From the NCBI GenBank assembly GCA_965153285.1, contig OZ229116.1: a stretch of 64,000 nt of DNA. One strand, 5' to 3'. Position numbers and translations under genes: made by a program. A model generated the notes under the pieces. It saw only the letters and a program-made list of their open reading frames with translations, had not been told where the DNA came from and did no database searches. The DNA comes from Podarcis tiliguerta. Lineage: Eukaryota. Position 1 is the stretch's first letter. Every line of letters begins with the position of its first letter. Shown piece by piece: positions 49,654 to 63,489 of the stretch.

Positions 49654-50427
49654 CTGCCAAGCAAACAAATAAAAGCGTGGTGCTGGTGAAATACTTGAGA
49701 AATTCACACACACACAATTTTTACTAATCTTGATGCTACTGCAGTGTGACCAGTTTTATAGACTCTGGTTTCATGGGTGAGATAAGAAGAGTGTGGATCA
49801 TGAGCATGGTAGTATTATGAGCACATGTATGTGTATAGAACTGGGGTAGATAAATGGGGTCTATGAGTTATTGTAAATGGGGTTTTGTGTCTGGTGCTTT
49901 TTTAGTTTTTTTAAAAATTGAGGTGTTGGTACTCATATCTTGATAAAAGTGCTATAAGCACCAGCACAAAATCGTTGTCATCGTAGCAAAGGAAAGTGAT
50001 GATGGCACCCTGTACCAGTGAGTACTATCACAGATACAAAAGCACAGGTTGCGTCCAGGATATAATCACCATGAAGGTGTTGAAAATTAGGGTAAGGGAA
50101 ACTCAGGGCTGGGAGTCAAGTGTAGTCTTCCAGGCGCATCTATCTGGACCTTGGAACTCTCCCCAGGCTATGCGTTATCTCATTAGCCCACACCCCTCAC
50201 TGGTTCTACTTTGTACACCAGCTGTCTGGCTATAATGCATTCTTTAACTCTAATCAACTCTCTTCCTTGTCTGGACAAGGATAGTGAGGATGTATTTCTG
50301 TGCATGTGTGTAGAAACTAGCCTATTATACAATGATAAAAGTTACATTCATTCCTCTGGGCTATTTTTGCCTCTGGCTTTGTCCACCACTGGCATCTTGC
50401 TCTAAGGAGATTGCCCAGAAGTGAATA

Positions 50428-50660
50428 CAGTGGTACCTCGGTTTTTTAACGTAATCTGTTCCGGAAGTTTCTGAAATGTTCGAAAACCAAAAACTCAATA
50501 GCCAACAGCTAGGCCTCAGGATCTTGCACTCAGCGGAAGCTGCGTGGCACATTCAACTTCTGAGGTGTGTTAAAAAACTGAAGCATTTACTTCTGGGTAT
50601 ACGGCATTCAAAAACTGAAATGTTCATCAAAGGAGACATTCAAAACCTGAGGTACCACTG
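50428..50660. mobile_element. Tigger-like MITE in the last CDH19 intron
   Basis: TIR CAGTGGTACCTC(G/A)G with TA flanks. It appears to sit inside an older repeat spanning about 50088-50690. Confidence 0.85.
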
Positions 50661-50810
50661 TATGGTCCTCTGTTTAAAAAAAGGGTACCATTGACTCATA
50701 TATGAGTTCTGTCAGGTTTTAATTTGGGTAATACAGACCATGTTCTGGGCAACAAATCCATGGAACCAAGAAGACATAATATGAAATGAAGAAAGGATTG
50801 TTTTTCTTAC

Positions 50811-51062
50811 CTAATATTATTAGTAGGCAAGCTACAACAGCAACTAAAGCTTGTACACTGATGCCCATTGAGAAGAGCATTGCTCCATATCTGCATGACT
50901 GGAGACTAGGTTCGTGGTCACAATCGCACACAGTGACGGTCAAAGTGTTTGTGCCGGTGAGGGGTGGACTTCCGTTGTCAGCAATTAGGATTGGTAAGGT
51001 AAAAATAAACTGTTCTCGACGATGAAATCCCCCTCGTGTGGTGATAATTCTAGCTGTATTAT
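50811..51062 (-). CDS. CDH19: Cadherin-19 penultimate coding exon (252 nt; rest of EC5 and start of TM): NTARIITTRGGFHRREQFIFTLPILIADNGSPPLTGTNTLTVTVCDCD...ALVAVVACLLIIL
   Basis: Lies inside ORF 50719..51132. Acceptor taaag|AT, donor TTAG|gtaaga. Shows the type II cadherin ILIADNG.P.LT.TNTLT..VCDC motif. Confidence 0.95.
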
Positions 51063-52363
51063 CTTTAAAAAATAATAACAAAAAAGATGATTTTGTTTCA
51101 TGACATTGCTTATGGGTTTCCAAGTCCAACAATTCACGTTCAGTTAGAATATCTTATTTATGAGAAACACTGTGCCATATTTTGTGCAGATAAAGAGGTG
51201 TGGGGGAAGAAAGTTGGAAATCATGATGCTAAGGGGACAACTTAGTCCCACTCAGATCAGTGGAGCTTGCCTCCTCATAAGTGTGTTTAGGATTATGCTG
51301 CACATTGGCTAAAATCTGAATAGTTCAGATGCACCGCTATCATCATCATCCCTACATAATCTCAGCAACCCTTGCAGTACTAACTCAATAAGGTAGACTC
51401 GTATTATGTGCACCTGGGTGGTGTGAGGCTGAGAGGCACTGGTTAGTCTAAGGCCACATATTTTGTGGGCCAGGCAGCATCTGAACCAAGCAATTTCTTA
51501 TTCAGAATACAGTGAACTTTCCAAAAGTTAGCTGTATTGATTTATTCACCTAGCCAGAACATTCAAATAATTAGCAAAGTCAATATGAGCAATGTATACT
51601 TTAGTTGAATTTGAAATAGCTCTTCTTCTAAGTCTCAGAAGGCTGCCTTTAAGTGGTCTCCTTTCCTGCAATTTCATCAGCTGTTGAACTTAGGTTTTCC
51701 CCTCAGATTAGTTTCGATTGGTGTCCCCCCTTTACGATTCTTTCTCAGCCTAAGGGATCAATACAAATGCTGCATAACATCGCAGCACAGAAAAGTCATT
51801 CATATGATGTCATCTGTCTATCGATGAAAACAGTGTAATGGGGGAACAAGAAACAAAGTTAAATAATTGTGAACTGTGCCTTTGTCTTTAACTGTGTTTT
51901 AGCAGAACTAAATACAAAGCAGAAGCTTTTATTAATATTAAATCTTCACTTCATTTTAAAAACCTGCTCTCTCCCTTGCACGCTCTTCCCTTTTCTAATA
52001 CTACCAGTGTTTGGCAGTTTAAGAGATAATGGGGAAGTTATTACTCCTACAATCTGCCATATTTAGAAAGCAATTATTAAGAGATAAAATTGGCTTTTGA
52101 GATTTTGTTCTGAGGGTTTTTTATTATTTCAGAGCACTATATCTGCAGATCTGTGAAAGAGCTGCTGGAATAAGAATCTGCCAGCGGTGCTCTACATAAG
52201 AGGGAAAGAATTTAGTATCCTACTACCTAATCCAGCTTCCTGTTTTCAGCAGTAGCCAGTCCATATTTATCAGGAACAATCAAGAAGAGCATGAAGGCAC
52301 TAGGCCACCCTCAGTGATTTACTGTCCCTGAACTTGGAAGTTCTACTTAAATGTCATTTACAT

Positions 52364-52846
52364 CAGCCGCCCCAACCATGTGCCCTCCAGGTGTTGTTTG
52401 ATTATAATCAGGATGGAGGAAGGGGGTGTGGTAGGGGCTGACCACCCCAGTTGTCACCACTGAGGGGGGTGACAAAATGCCAGGCGGCACTCACTGCGGG
52501 GCCTGCAGTGTGCCTGAGCCACACATCTCTCCTGTGAATGATGCAGTGGCTTGGGCGCCCACAGGCTCCGCGCTGCCCCAAACGGTCTGCCCACCACCTC
52601 CTCCTCAGCTGTTGGGTGAGGAGGAAGGTAGACACCTTGGAGGCCCCGTGGAGTGCCCTGCTCCCACTTGCCCTGCCCTCACGGGCGGCTGGCCCCACCC
52701 CTGGGTATAGGGTATGCAATCTTCCCTAGGCATTTGCTCCGCTGCTGATTATAATCCCCATCATTTCTGACCAGTGGCTATGCTGGCTGGGCCTGATGGA
52801 AATTGGAGTCCATAACATGTGGAGGGCACTGGGTTGGGCAAGGCTG
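52364..52846. mobile_element. Palindromic hAT-type MITE split by a second element
   Basis: Ends CAGCCGCCCCAACC / GGTTGGGCAAGGCTG. The halves rejoin at ATTATAAT into the 130-bp MITE family. Confidence 0.75.
52409..52747. mobile_element. GC-rich non-autonomous hAT-like element
   Basis: CAG...CTG ends with a perfect 8-bp TSD ATTATAAT at 52401-52408 and 52748-52755. Confidence 0.8.
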
Positions 52847-53083
52847 AACTTTATAGAACAGGAGCTCTCCACTCTGCAACAGTTTGTTGTAGAGCCCACG
52901 TGTCCTGGCTAACAGCTACTGTTCACCCTATCCTTAATTTTATCTAACATTCTGCAATGGTGTCAAAGCTAGTAGTCATAGTGCACCATTTCACCATTGA
53001 TTCTGCACATTTTTTTATGTATTGTATGAAGCAGTGCTTCCTTTTGAATCAATTTTATTGGTTGACTCCTAGTACTGTGAGAT

Positions 53084-53314
53084 CACCTCATGAGAAGAGA
53101 AGACTCCCTGGAAAAGACCCTGATGTTGGGAAAGATGGAGGGCACAAGGCAAAGGGGACGACAGAGAACGAGATGGTTGGCCAGTGTCCTCGAAGCTACT
53201 AACATGAGTTTGACCAAACTGTGGGAGGCAGTGGAAATCAGGAGTGCCTGAAGTGCTCTGGTCCATGGGGTCACGAAGAGTCGGACACGACTAAACGACT
53301 AAACAACAAACAAC
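53084..53314 (+). mobile_element. BovB 3' fragment, intronic and antisense to CDH19
   Basis: Ends gagtcggacacgactaaacgactaaacaacaa; reverse complement of 1-195. Confidence 0.9.
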
Positions 53315-53934
53315 TATAAGATGAGGAACATCTCCTCTTTCTCCTCATGCTATCCTTACTTTCTATAAACAACCCTACCATTCCCACCAACCCCACCAGA
53401 GCCAAGCTAAAGATGTTGCTACTTAACTGTGTGCAGTCTCCCAGTGCCCTGGACTATTGGCATAGAAGAGGCTGCAATCTGCCTTGCTACTTCTCTATAG
53501 GCTTTCTAAGTCAGAATGCAGTTTTTTTTTTTTTTTTTTTTGCTGCAGAGAAGGACCCTTGAGGAGAAACCTCATGAAATTCAGCATCACCTTAGTCCTT
53601 AGTCATCCCCCCCAACCCCTCTAAATCAGAAGTCAACAATTCCTAACAATCTGCTACAATTGCCCAGATAGTTGCTTATTTGACTAAGTACTTAATAGGC
53701 TTGCTTTTTTTTTACACCAAGAATAGTGACTCTAGTAGGACTTATAATTTCTATATGACTCTGGCTATAGTCCCTTACCTCCGTGAGATTACACAGACTT
53801 AGGTGACTACAGCTGGCAAGAATTAAACACAAATGTTATTAGGGACAAAATATTCTGTCCCTGGGTGGGGGCAAATATACCCACCCTTAATAGGAGACTT
53901 GCAGATGGTAAGATCAAGCAGGGTGTGGAAGGCT

Positions 53935-54345
53935 TAAGGTAATGGTGTGGAGAAGCAGGCCAAGAGAAGTTTTTCTAATAGTAGAACTCAGGGCCACTCA
54001 TTGAAGCTGAATGTTGGAAGATTCAAGACAGACAAATGAAAGTTGCATAGTGAAACCATTGCATTAGCTCCTCCAAGAGGCAGTGATAGCCACCAACTTT
54101 AAAAGAACTGTAGAAAAATTCATAGAGTTGGAGGCCATCAATGGTTACCGGCCATGTTGGCTGTGTTCTGTCTCCACTGTTTGAGGCAATATGCCTCTGA
54201 GTATCAGTTCCTAGGAATCACAACTGAGAAGAACACTGTTGTACTCAGGTCCTGCTTGCAGGCTTCCTATAAGCATATGGTTGCCTCCTGTGAGCAGAAT
54301 GTTTGACTGGATGTGCCTTTGCTCTGATCCAGCAGAACTCTTATA
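53935..54345 (+). mobile_element. Old CR1 3' end
   Basis: agaactcagggccactcattgaagctgaatgttggaagattcaagacagacaaa, with a 3' UTR ending ctgatccagcag. Minus-strand relics of this UTR at about 23850-24055, 27138-27203 and 52165-52350. Confidence 0.7.
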
Positions 54346-56149
54346 ATGGTCTCAAGCTACACAGTAAGAAAAAGAGGAGACTGAATATGATAGTAGAAAT
54401 GCTTGTGGGGATCTATGTCCCATTCAGCAAAAAGCAGCACTATATTTTATCATTAAGATATGGAAAAGAGGTGTAATTAATTTGTCAGAAGATAAATGAT
54501 AGATATGCCATAAATACAAACCCAATTTCTTCCACATTTGGTGGAGGAATTCAGGAACTGAAAAATCTTGGAAGCAATAACTTATCAACTTCCTGCACGT
54601 TAAATAGAATATTTTATTTGATCTATGAGTTATTTTATTTGCATTCTTATAATTAGATAAAAGCCAAGCATGCCAGATTAATTTTTGCTTATTAGCTGTA
54701 GCTCAATTATAAATAGCTAAATTGGGGAGGGGATGACATCATGAGATCACTGCCTAATAAAGGTTTCAGAAACAGCAGACATAGCGGAATTCTTAAAGCA
54801 ATGCTTTCCTGGCCTGATGACAAGTATTTAAGATTTGTGTCATGTGGAATGTGTGCCTGACTGTTGAGTATGCTGTCTTCAGTTTTGTGCTTTACAACAG
54901 CTCAGTAAAAACACATTTTAAAAAAGGAAATGGCTCCAACACTCTATAGTTATTCTGCTCAACACATGAAATAACCAATGATCATAAACATCCTTATTCA
55001 TTTTAATATATATATATGTGAGTGGTGTTGTTTTTAGTGTGTTTATACACCATACTTCTAGTGTAAATACATCTCTCAGGACAGTTTGCAACATATAAAA
55101 ATTATTATTTCATTAAAAACCTCAAAGAGACAGCAGTTGTTGCTTTTTTAAAAAATCATAAAAGTGTTGCCTATTTCAAAAATTAAAAGACTGCTATAAT
55201 AAAACTTTCTTTGATGCCTTGCAAAAAGCAGCAAGTGTGGGGTGGGACAGTATTGAACTACACTTCATTGGTTTTTCATATTATGGGACCAGTCTGGAGA
55301 AGGCTGTATCCTCACCGACTATGCCTCTACCAGAGGAGACACTTCTTCTAATCAAAGGAAATGGGCAGGATAATAAGGGATGCAGTGCTCCCTAAATTGT
55401 CTTGGGCTAAGCTGTTTAGGACTTTAACGGTAAACACCATCTCTACGAATTGTGCCTGTAAGCAAACTGGTACATAGTACAGATATATTGGTGCAAAGTG
55501 ACCCTATTTACTAGTATTCACCAACAGCTACAGAGGTAATACCATGTGGAGTGCATTACACAGACCAGGTTTAATTTCCTAAGGTATGTGCACTGCTGGT
55601 ACAGCAGCCTCAGCTGACCAAAGGGACAGCAAAGCACAGACACCACTTGATTATCCAGGTGTAAAACCAAAACCAGGATGACTGAAAGGGACTGTTCCTG
55701 ACAACTTTGACATGATTAACTGTGAGAGTATGCTGCAGATTCGTTTCAGATGAAGACACCAGCCCAGGTTCTAAACACTAGGATATAATTATGTATGTGG
55801 TATGTTTTTATTCATTGGATAACTATCCAGCCATATCAGCAAGAAATTTACAGACAGCAAGTTAATCTCATTAATATTCCTGTGAGGTAATAAAAGAGAA
55901 AGACATCATTGATGTTCATAGCTGAGCTCTGAGATGAGCCTGGCATTCTAAATCCTGAATATTAAGCCGTTGTGTGGCCCACAGTGGTTCTCAGCTATAC
56001 ACCACAATTTGTACTATTTACCGGATGAACAATAGACTTGCTCAGATGTTAGCTTTCAAGAGCTCTCAGAACATATGGAGAGAGGACCACATGCACTGCC
56101 CCCACCCCCCAGTGTCTACATGTGAAAAAAAATCTCCACCCTCGATTGT

Positions 56150-56402
56150 AGAAGAAGAGAAGAGTTTGGATTTGATATCCCATTTTATCACTACCCGAAG
56201 GAGTCTCAAAGCGCCTAACAATCTCCTTTCCCTCCCTCCCTCCCACAGCAAACACTCTGTGAGGTGAGTGGGGCTGAGAGACTTCAAGGAAGTGTGATTA
56301 GCCCAAGGTCGCCTAGCAGCTGCATGTGGAGGAGTGGAGACACAAACCCAGTTCACCAGATTACAAGTGTACTGCTCTTAACCACTACACCACACTGGCT
56401 CT
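56150..56402 (-). mobile_element. tRNA/CORE-type SINE (Squam3-like)
   Basis: Reverse complement of 27220-27460. Confidence 0.8.
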
Positions 56403-56775
56403 TACTATTGCAACTGAGTGGGAAGGTCAGCAGGGAGAAACTTTGCACATTCAGCTGAACGTGTTTAGAATTTTCTGTGTGAACAGGAACCACAATTGCT
56501 CAGGGTTTCCAGCTGCATAAAGGCTTCTAAGGGCTTTCTAAGTTCATTCTAAGTTCATTCAAATGAACACATGAAAATTCCATCTTTAGATTCAAGATCT
56601 AAGGCTGCAGTCAGCACAAACAGGGTATGCACAGCTAGTTCCTCCCTCCACAATTTCTGAGAACACATGAAGGTGAATGTCTGAACAGGTCTAGTGAAAG
56701 TTTCATAATTAAAGTGGCAAATTGAGCATTAATTCTTTGCAGAAATATTTCAAGGGCTGTGCACACAATACCTAC

Positions 56776-56893
56776 TTTGATTATCTTTGACTGCAAAACC
56801 AGAGCTGTTTGTGGCCTCCTCATTCAAATAGTAGAAGAAATGATGGTCCTCCACAGAATTGTCTTTGTCCACTGCACTGATGGTCTGAATAAC
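56776..56893 (-). CDS. CDH19: Cadherin-19 coding exon (118 nt, start of EC5): VIQTISAVDKDNSVEDHHFFYYLNEEATNSSGFAVKDNQ
   Basis: Translated by hand; not in the ORF track. Acceptor ttttag|GTT, donor CAAA|gtaggt. Closely matches recalled human CDH19 VIQTISAVDRDESIEEHHFYFNLS...DNQ. The phase-1 end joins the next exon in frame. Confidence 0.92.
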
Positions 56894-59800
56894 CTAAAAG
56901 CAAACAATATGCTTAGCACCAAATATTATTGGCTGCCTTTGAAAGCAATGCAACAAAATTGCGTGCAAGACATTCCATTCAATTAGTAAGGTTGAAATCC
57001 CCCTGCCTTGTCTCTGAAGGGCAGGAAATGTACTAGCTGCAGCAGCAAATACACATCACTTAACACAAGCCTGTTGATCTTGTTGATTTTCTAATGTCCT
57101 ACAATTATGCCACTTGATTTTGTATTGATTGGGAGGAGATAAGCACTAAAGTCGTGGGCTAATGCAAATGGCTTCTGGAATTGAAAATGCAAAGGTTAAA
57201 TAAAGTTTCCATAAGGGGGAAAAAAAAGAATAATGTATAAAGTATTCTGCCCTTCCTTTGTTCTCCAAGGTGAAAAGTATATCATTCTATATTTGAACAC
57301 ATCCTTCAATACAAAAACCTATTTCCTTCCAGCCCACAAACATCATAGGCATCACTCAAGTGATGTATTATAGTTGCCGTGACCGCAAGATTGTGACAAG
57401 TTCATGTGCTGAATTGTTGATTCTTTGAGATAGTAACAGATTGATTATGGGAACACTTGGTTGTGTTTTCAAAGAAACAAAATAGCCTAAATTTCCAAAC
57501 CTATTGAACCAGATTGTCATTTGCAGGAAAACAGAGTCAAAATTAGCGTCTTTGCATTCAGAAATCATTGATTCCATCACCTCAAATAAACAAGCCATGT
57601 TGCAGTTGTTATAATGAACACTTGCTCTGCTTGCTAAGAGTAAATATTTGTTACCATTATCGGTTGATACCATTGGGCAAATCGTACATTATCAGTGACA
57701 ACATTTTTTATCTTGCTATTTCAGCTCCACATTATCTTGCCATTTCAATGCACTACCAGTTCATTTCTTTCATTAAGAGGGTAAGTCTTCTAAAATGCTC
57801 TTTAATGGCTAATTGGGGCTTAAAAACCCAGCCTTGCCAAGTGCAGGGTCAGAGAAGCCAACAGACAGCCACAGAAATTACTTTGTGATTATGGCACAAC
57901 CATAGTTCAATGCAATGATGGGCTAATAGAGTTTTTTAAAGAAATGATTTTTAAATGTTTATTTTCATTGATAACAGCCTGATTCTATCATCTGCTGGTT
58001 TAGTTCTTAGGATGAGATGCAAGCTTCTGCATCAACCTGACATAAAAACAAACTGTTTCACATTACACCTATGACACCCTAAGTTACTGATCTAATCATA
58101 ACAGGATTGCAACACCAGGTCCTCTAACTCTAGCTACTACAAGTCGTCAGCTGTCTCTTCAAGCAGTAGCAGCAGCTCCTTGTAATGACTTTACATTAGA
58201 TACAACTCCATGGTGGCAGAATACTCATGGACAGATTGGGTAGGCAAACTCCCCTTGCTCCCTCTTCCCCTTCAGAAACAATAGTGGGTGTGGTTTAAGA
58301 ATGGACCATCTGTCAGTGTCATCCACCCCACCCAGTTTCTCATTTTTCAAGGCTCAGGTTAAGTGTTCTGCATCAGTTTGCATTAAAAAAAAAAAATCCT
58401 CTTGAAAATTCACCAGCAGTTTAATGCAATTTTTTCCTGTGCACAGTTCTGTAAGCAATTTTGCCGACAAATACATTTTTACAAGCAATTTCCTCTAACA
58501 TGCATGGTATTTTCTGTAATATATGGGGTTTTGTGAACAATTTCCCCTGAATATTTGCATTTTTGTACGCATTTATTTGGTTAGAGAATTGTCTCACAAG
58601 ATTCAGAGGAGTGTAAATTTAAAACAATTAATGATCTCCCACATCGTTTCTACTTTGGTCCGAAACTACCTGATAGACAGCAGTTCACTAGTTAAACCAT
58701 CATCTCCTTTAAAAAGAAAAAGAAAAGAGTGCATTAATTGTTTCTGGATCAGGGTCTAATATGACTTCATGCTTTATGTTAAAACAAAGGTAACATAGTT
58801 GGATATTACTTTAGAAAGCTTGCATGGGTTGGTTTATTGATTGTGCTGAAATCTAATTGCCAAGAATTGTGTCATATCAAGGCTCATTAATCTGAAAACT
58901 GTAACAATCTACAAGTCAGTGGGGAAGACTACTAACTGGGGAACTTGCCTGGTCATTGTTTAAAAATGAAATTGGTAAAAATCCAGGCTTTAGAGAAGGG
59001 TCAGCCCTAGCATTAGACATAGTGAAGCAACTGCTTTAGGCAGCTGCATTGGATATCATGATTATATTTGTACTGCCATAGAGGATGGGGAGCTTTCAGC
59101 GTAACTTGACTGGCCTTGGGTATTCTGCATGTTGACTCGGGGGTGAGGACTTTAATGCTCAACCTAAGGCAGCAACAAAGTGCCTTAGGTCAGCCTTTGA
59201 GTGGAAGCAGCTCTACCTCCTAAAAACCTTGAAAGCAAACTGAATCTTTACAGCTTGAAGTCTGCCTGATACAACCAGAAGGGCTTGAAATTATTGTGGC
59301 AGGGGATGGAGGAAATGGTCAACTACAGTTTCTTTCAGTTTCATATTTTTCCAGTCTTGGGATCATTTGGCATCCAGTCTTGCCACATTTATGCAGCCAG
59401 GCATAATGTATTTCTTTTTTAAAAGGAGTCTTCATAAAAAAAAATTGCCAGCATTTTAGTGTGCATTTCTAATATGCACATTTTATCATGCAGTATATAT
59501 TTTCCAGAAATATATGCTATTTTGAGCACAGTATATATGTATGTCTGCGCATATTTCCTAGTTGAAAAAGATCATCACAAAATTCAAAGAACTGCACATT
59601 TCAAAGTTGTGCTTTGGTTCGCATATTGTTTCAGCAAGTGCAAATAAGGCACGTCTGTGTTAAAATGCAAACTCACTGAATCTTTTCCCCATCAAAACTT
59701 GTAGCTAATTTGGCCTTCACTTCAGATGAATAATCCAATTTCTTCCCCATTGCATCCTTAACACTATTAACCTTCTCTACCAGTTGGAAGGGAAGGAGAG

Positions 59801-61559
59801 AAGAGTATATAAACTTCGTGGGTATTGAGAGAAAAAGTATTCTCCAACCTTGCACATATATTTTTCAGTGGGTGATCCTCTCACCTTTCATTTCGCACTT
59901 TCTTTCTCAGCATCAGAGCCAAAGGTAAAGATAAAATCAGTAGCTACAACAGAAAATGAATTTCCAAACTGGGAAGCTGTGCACTACTGCAACAGGAACT
60001 TGAACCCTTCTTCGGCATTATGTCATCTCATTGGAAGGCAAAAATTGCAGGAGAGGTTTCTGTGGGCAAGTGTGGTGCATGTGCCCCTTGTCTTCATCCT
60101 TGCATGGTCAAGCTGAATAGCTGTAGAGGGCTTTGACTTCTTATTCCTTCTGTCTCTCCCAGGGTCTGTTTTGCTGATTAGTCAGTGGCTGATTTTCACT
60201 GAAAAAAGCCCTGTTCATCTGAGCTGTCTCCTTTTCATTAGTATTACATGGGAGCTTCAAACACACTTCATTTTTCTTTTCAAGGATGGTTAGTGATGTT
60301 CAAGGATTTCATTTGACTTGAAGATTTTTACTTGATTCACATCTCAGGCTCAAACTGCCGTTTTCTTGCACTTCAAATTTTGCATTATACTTCACAGCTC
60401 AAAGAACATACCAAAATGTGTACAGAATATATACTTTAGGTTGAAACACAAACAAAATGCACACAGAAACTGATATACTCTGAAACAATACATTCATGGT
60501 TTGTTTTTGTATTTTAATGGATGGGACAGAAATATTAACATGACATGTGAAACTGACACAAATCAGAAACAGAATGATCTATCCATCTCTTTTAATCACT
60601 CCCACAAAAGAACTTCTTTGAGTACAAGATGGCTGCCAATATATTGTCACAAACAACTATCAGACGCCATCCTGTGGCCCCGGGGTTCCACCAATCAGAT
60701 TATTGTAGCATGTCCCTCAGACCTCGTGGGGGCCCGGACTATATGTTGCCATGACTATGACCCACTTTTCTGGCAAAAAACCTTATTGAGATCAACCCCC
60801 ACATTGCCCAAATGTTATTTGGGGGGGGGGTGCCTCATACAATCATGCTGCTTCCTTTGCATTTTTCGTGTTGACAGATATTATTTCTCTCATAAGGTGG
60901 GGGGTAGGGGGCTGAGGTAAGTGTGCCATTCCTGTCAGCCCTGGAGAGTGTGTGTGCATGCATGGGTGAAGAGAAAAGCCATTGGCCACGCGAAGTCAGG
61001 CTGGTGCCGCTCAAGCTAAAACGTTCTTTTCCCCAGGTGAGGGAAGACAAGGTGGTGGCTATTTACCTTTCCATGGTTTGCATCATGTAGCTAACGAGCA
61101 GCCTCTCCAGCAGAGCGCAGAATTGCTTTGGAGTGCAGCCGCCCAGGCGCTCACCGCTTCCTCCAGTGGGGAGCACTGCCGCTACAGACACTGGTGGGCA
61201 TTGCTCCTGAGGTGCCTCCGAGCCACTGCCACCACAACTACCCTTTCTTAGGTCAGTCACCGGCAGCTCCATGGTGGAAATCCGAACTGTGGCTCCTTTC
61301 CCCTCTTCCCCACCCTCCACCCCGGAAGAAAAGATTGCTGCGCGCACACGATAGACAGAGAAGGGACTTGTCTTGAGCAGCTGCCCGTCTCACTTTTGAC
61401 CCCCGAGCCTGGCTGAGTCACAAAAACCATCATGCATGTGCACTATGCAGGCTGCCTGGATCTAGAAGGCAATTGGGCTGATCCGACCCGCGGGGCTTAG
61501 TTTGCCAATCCATGCTTTAGATGAATACAGCTCCCACACCCTTTGGGGAACCTGTTAAG

Positions 61560-61695
61560 CAGGCTTCCTCAAACTTGTCCCTCCAGGTGTTTTGAGACTA
61601 CAGTTCCCATCATTCCTAACCACTGGTCCTGCTAGCTAGGGATCATGGGAGTTGTAGGCCAAAAACATATGGGGGGCTGAGTTTGAGGAAGCCTG
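61560..61695. mobile_element. Palindromic hAT-type MITE, young
   Basis: Perfect TIR CAGGCTTCCTCAAACT; 8-bp TSD CTGTTAAG / CTGTTAAA. Confidence 0.88.
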
Positions 61696-63489
61696 CTGTT
61701 AAAGGTTCTCAGAATTGGAGGAGTCTTCTGTGTGAATCTCTGTAGGGTCCTTTCCTCACTAAACCTAAATGCACAGCCACTGGGGGCATGGCCAGAAGGT
61801 ACATTCACACTGGGGGCAGGGTAGGTGAGGAAGCTTGGCCCGAAGCCATAGGACTCCATTTGCCCCTCACATATTCAAATGAGCACCCTCCTTAAATGGC
61901 TTGCTATCTTCTGGCAAATCCTATCAAGTCTTAGTGAAGCCAGTTGCGATGTGTAGATCTTCCGATAGCCAAAGATGCAACATCCACACACAAGAGAGTC
62001 ATATTAGCATGTCTGGGGGAAATTCCAAACTTTGCAGAAAAACAACAGCAAAACACTAAGGTGTGTAGGAGGGGGAATCCCCAAAAGGGGAAGAACCGTG
62101 GAATGGCAAAAATGGTTGTGACATCCCCTACAGTGACCAAACTGGTTACCCTCCCCTAAATCTATCCCTGCTCTGAATAATAGCACTTAAGTCTGCAGCA
62201 TTTTGTTTCATGTTCCACTTGTTCATATGGACTCTTGTTTGTTTGATAAAATGTTATCTTCATTCTCATCTTCCTACATAAAAACAGGTAGGAATTTCAC
62301 AATTAGGGATCAAATTTGTCATGGTCTAGAAGGGCATGTAAATAAAACAACTGGTCTCTGCTGACATTTTCCAACACTTTTCACTTATTGTTTCTTTTTT
62401 TCTTGATCCACTACATATAGATTATCAATATTGTTTTAATTTATACAGAATGCCTCCCTAGTTTTATATTTTTTTAAAAAATGTTTGAATTATATTCAAG
62501 CTGTTATTTTTCCTGGTATTTGCAACATTATCTCTCTTTTATAGAGAACTAATGTCAAGTAAGTAGCTTTCACTTTGACTGTAATTGCTGACTATTTTAT
62601 TTTATGCTAAGTGCTGGGTAAATATGTATTGCCTTGCTATCTCTGTTTCAAAGTGCAAAATACACATTCATCCACTTTACGAGCTAATAAGTAAATGGTC
62701 AAGTAAATTGCTGCATCAAAGTCAATTCGCAGATGATACGCAAATTGCAGGTATTTGTGCCAGAATAAATATGTATTAGAGAGGACAGTATTATTTCAGA
62801 AAGATACAAGTAAACATAGTATCTCACCCTCAGCAAAAAATATTATTCTTCCTTCATGCAAAGCAACTGTAATGTCCACAAGATAGCAGGGATACACTAC
62901 TATTATTGTTATTATTTTCTTTTGTTGGTTATTAAAAGAATTATTGAGTAGCCACTCATTTTAATGATTCTTCTGTACTACTTCTAAAGGTTTTTTTTTT
63001 TTAAAGGTTTGTGTACTGATATGCACCACCCTGATATCTTTTGAGAGGATAATATATAAATGCTTTTATAAAAAACCATTTTCATGGATTTCATGCTCTC
63101 CAAGGGTGTGTGAACACTGAATACTGTCTTCAAGCTGAGTTTTTTAAAAATACACTGTACATAAAAGTTCAAGATCTGAAATAGCAGTAAGAATTATTAA
63201 AATACAGCAGCAGATAAACCAGTTATTAGATGAAACAACTACAAAATCATCCCAATGCAAACTGATCTTTTAAAAAAGTCTTTACGAAAACCGTAAAAGG
63301 CGATGGAAAGAGTGGAGGGCACTCTGGCAAAACAGAGCCACCACGAAGAAGGCTTGATCCATGTTACTTATGAACTGAATCATTTTCACTAGTAAACTGG
63401 CAACATATGGTGATAAACAAGTTCGGTCAGGTACATATGGATGTAATGCAGTTCTTCCAATAATGACCGCTCTCCACATCAAACGGAGG

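Noticed and set aside
60640-60840. Possible fifth LTR-like fragment (CCAATCAG)
   Set aside because: Similarity to the other copies is too weak to support by eye.
60900-61515. GC-rich stretch with several short ORFs, possibly a CpG island or exon
   Set aside because: It ends in a hAT-like terminus (TAGTTTGCCAATCCATG) and looks like nested old DNA transposons; the boundaries could not be fixed.
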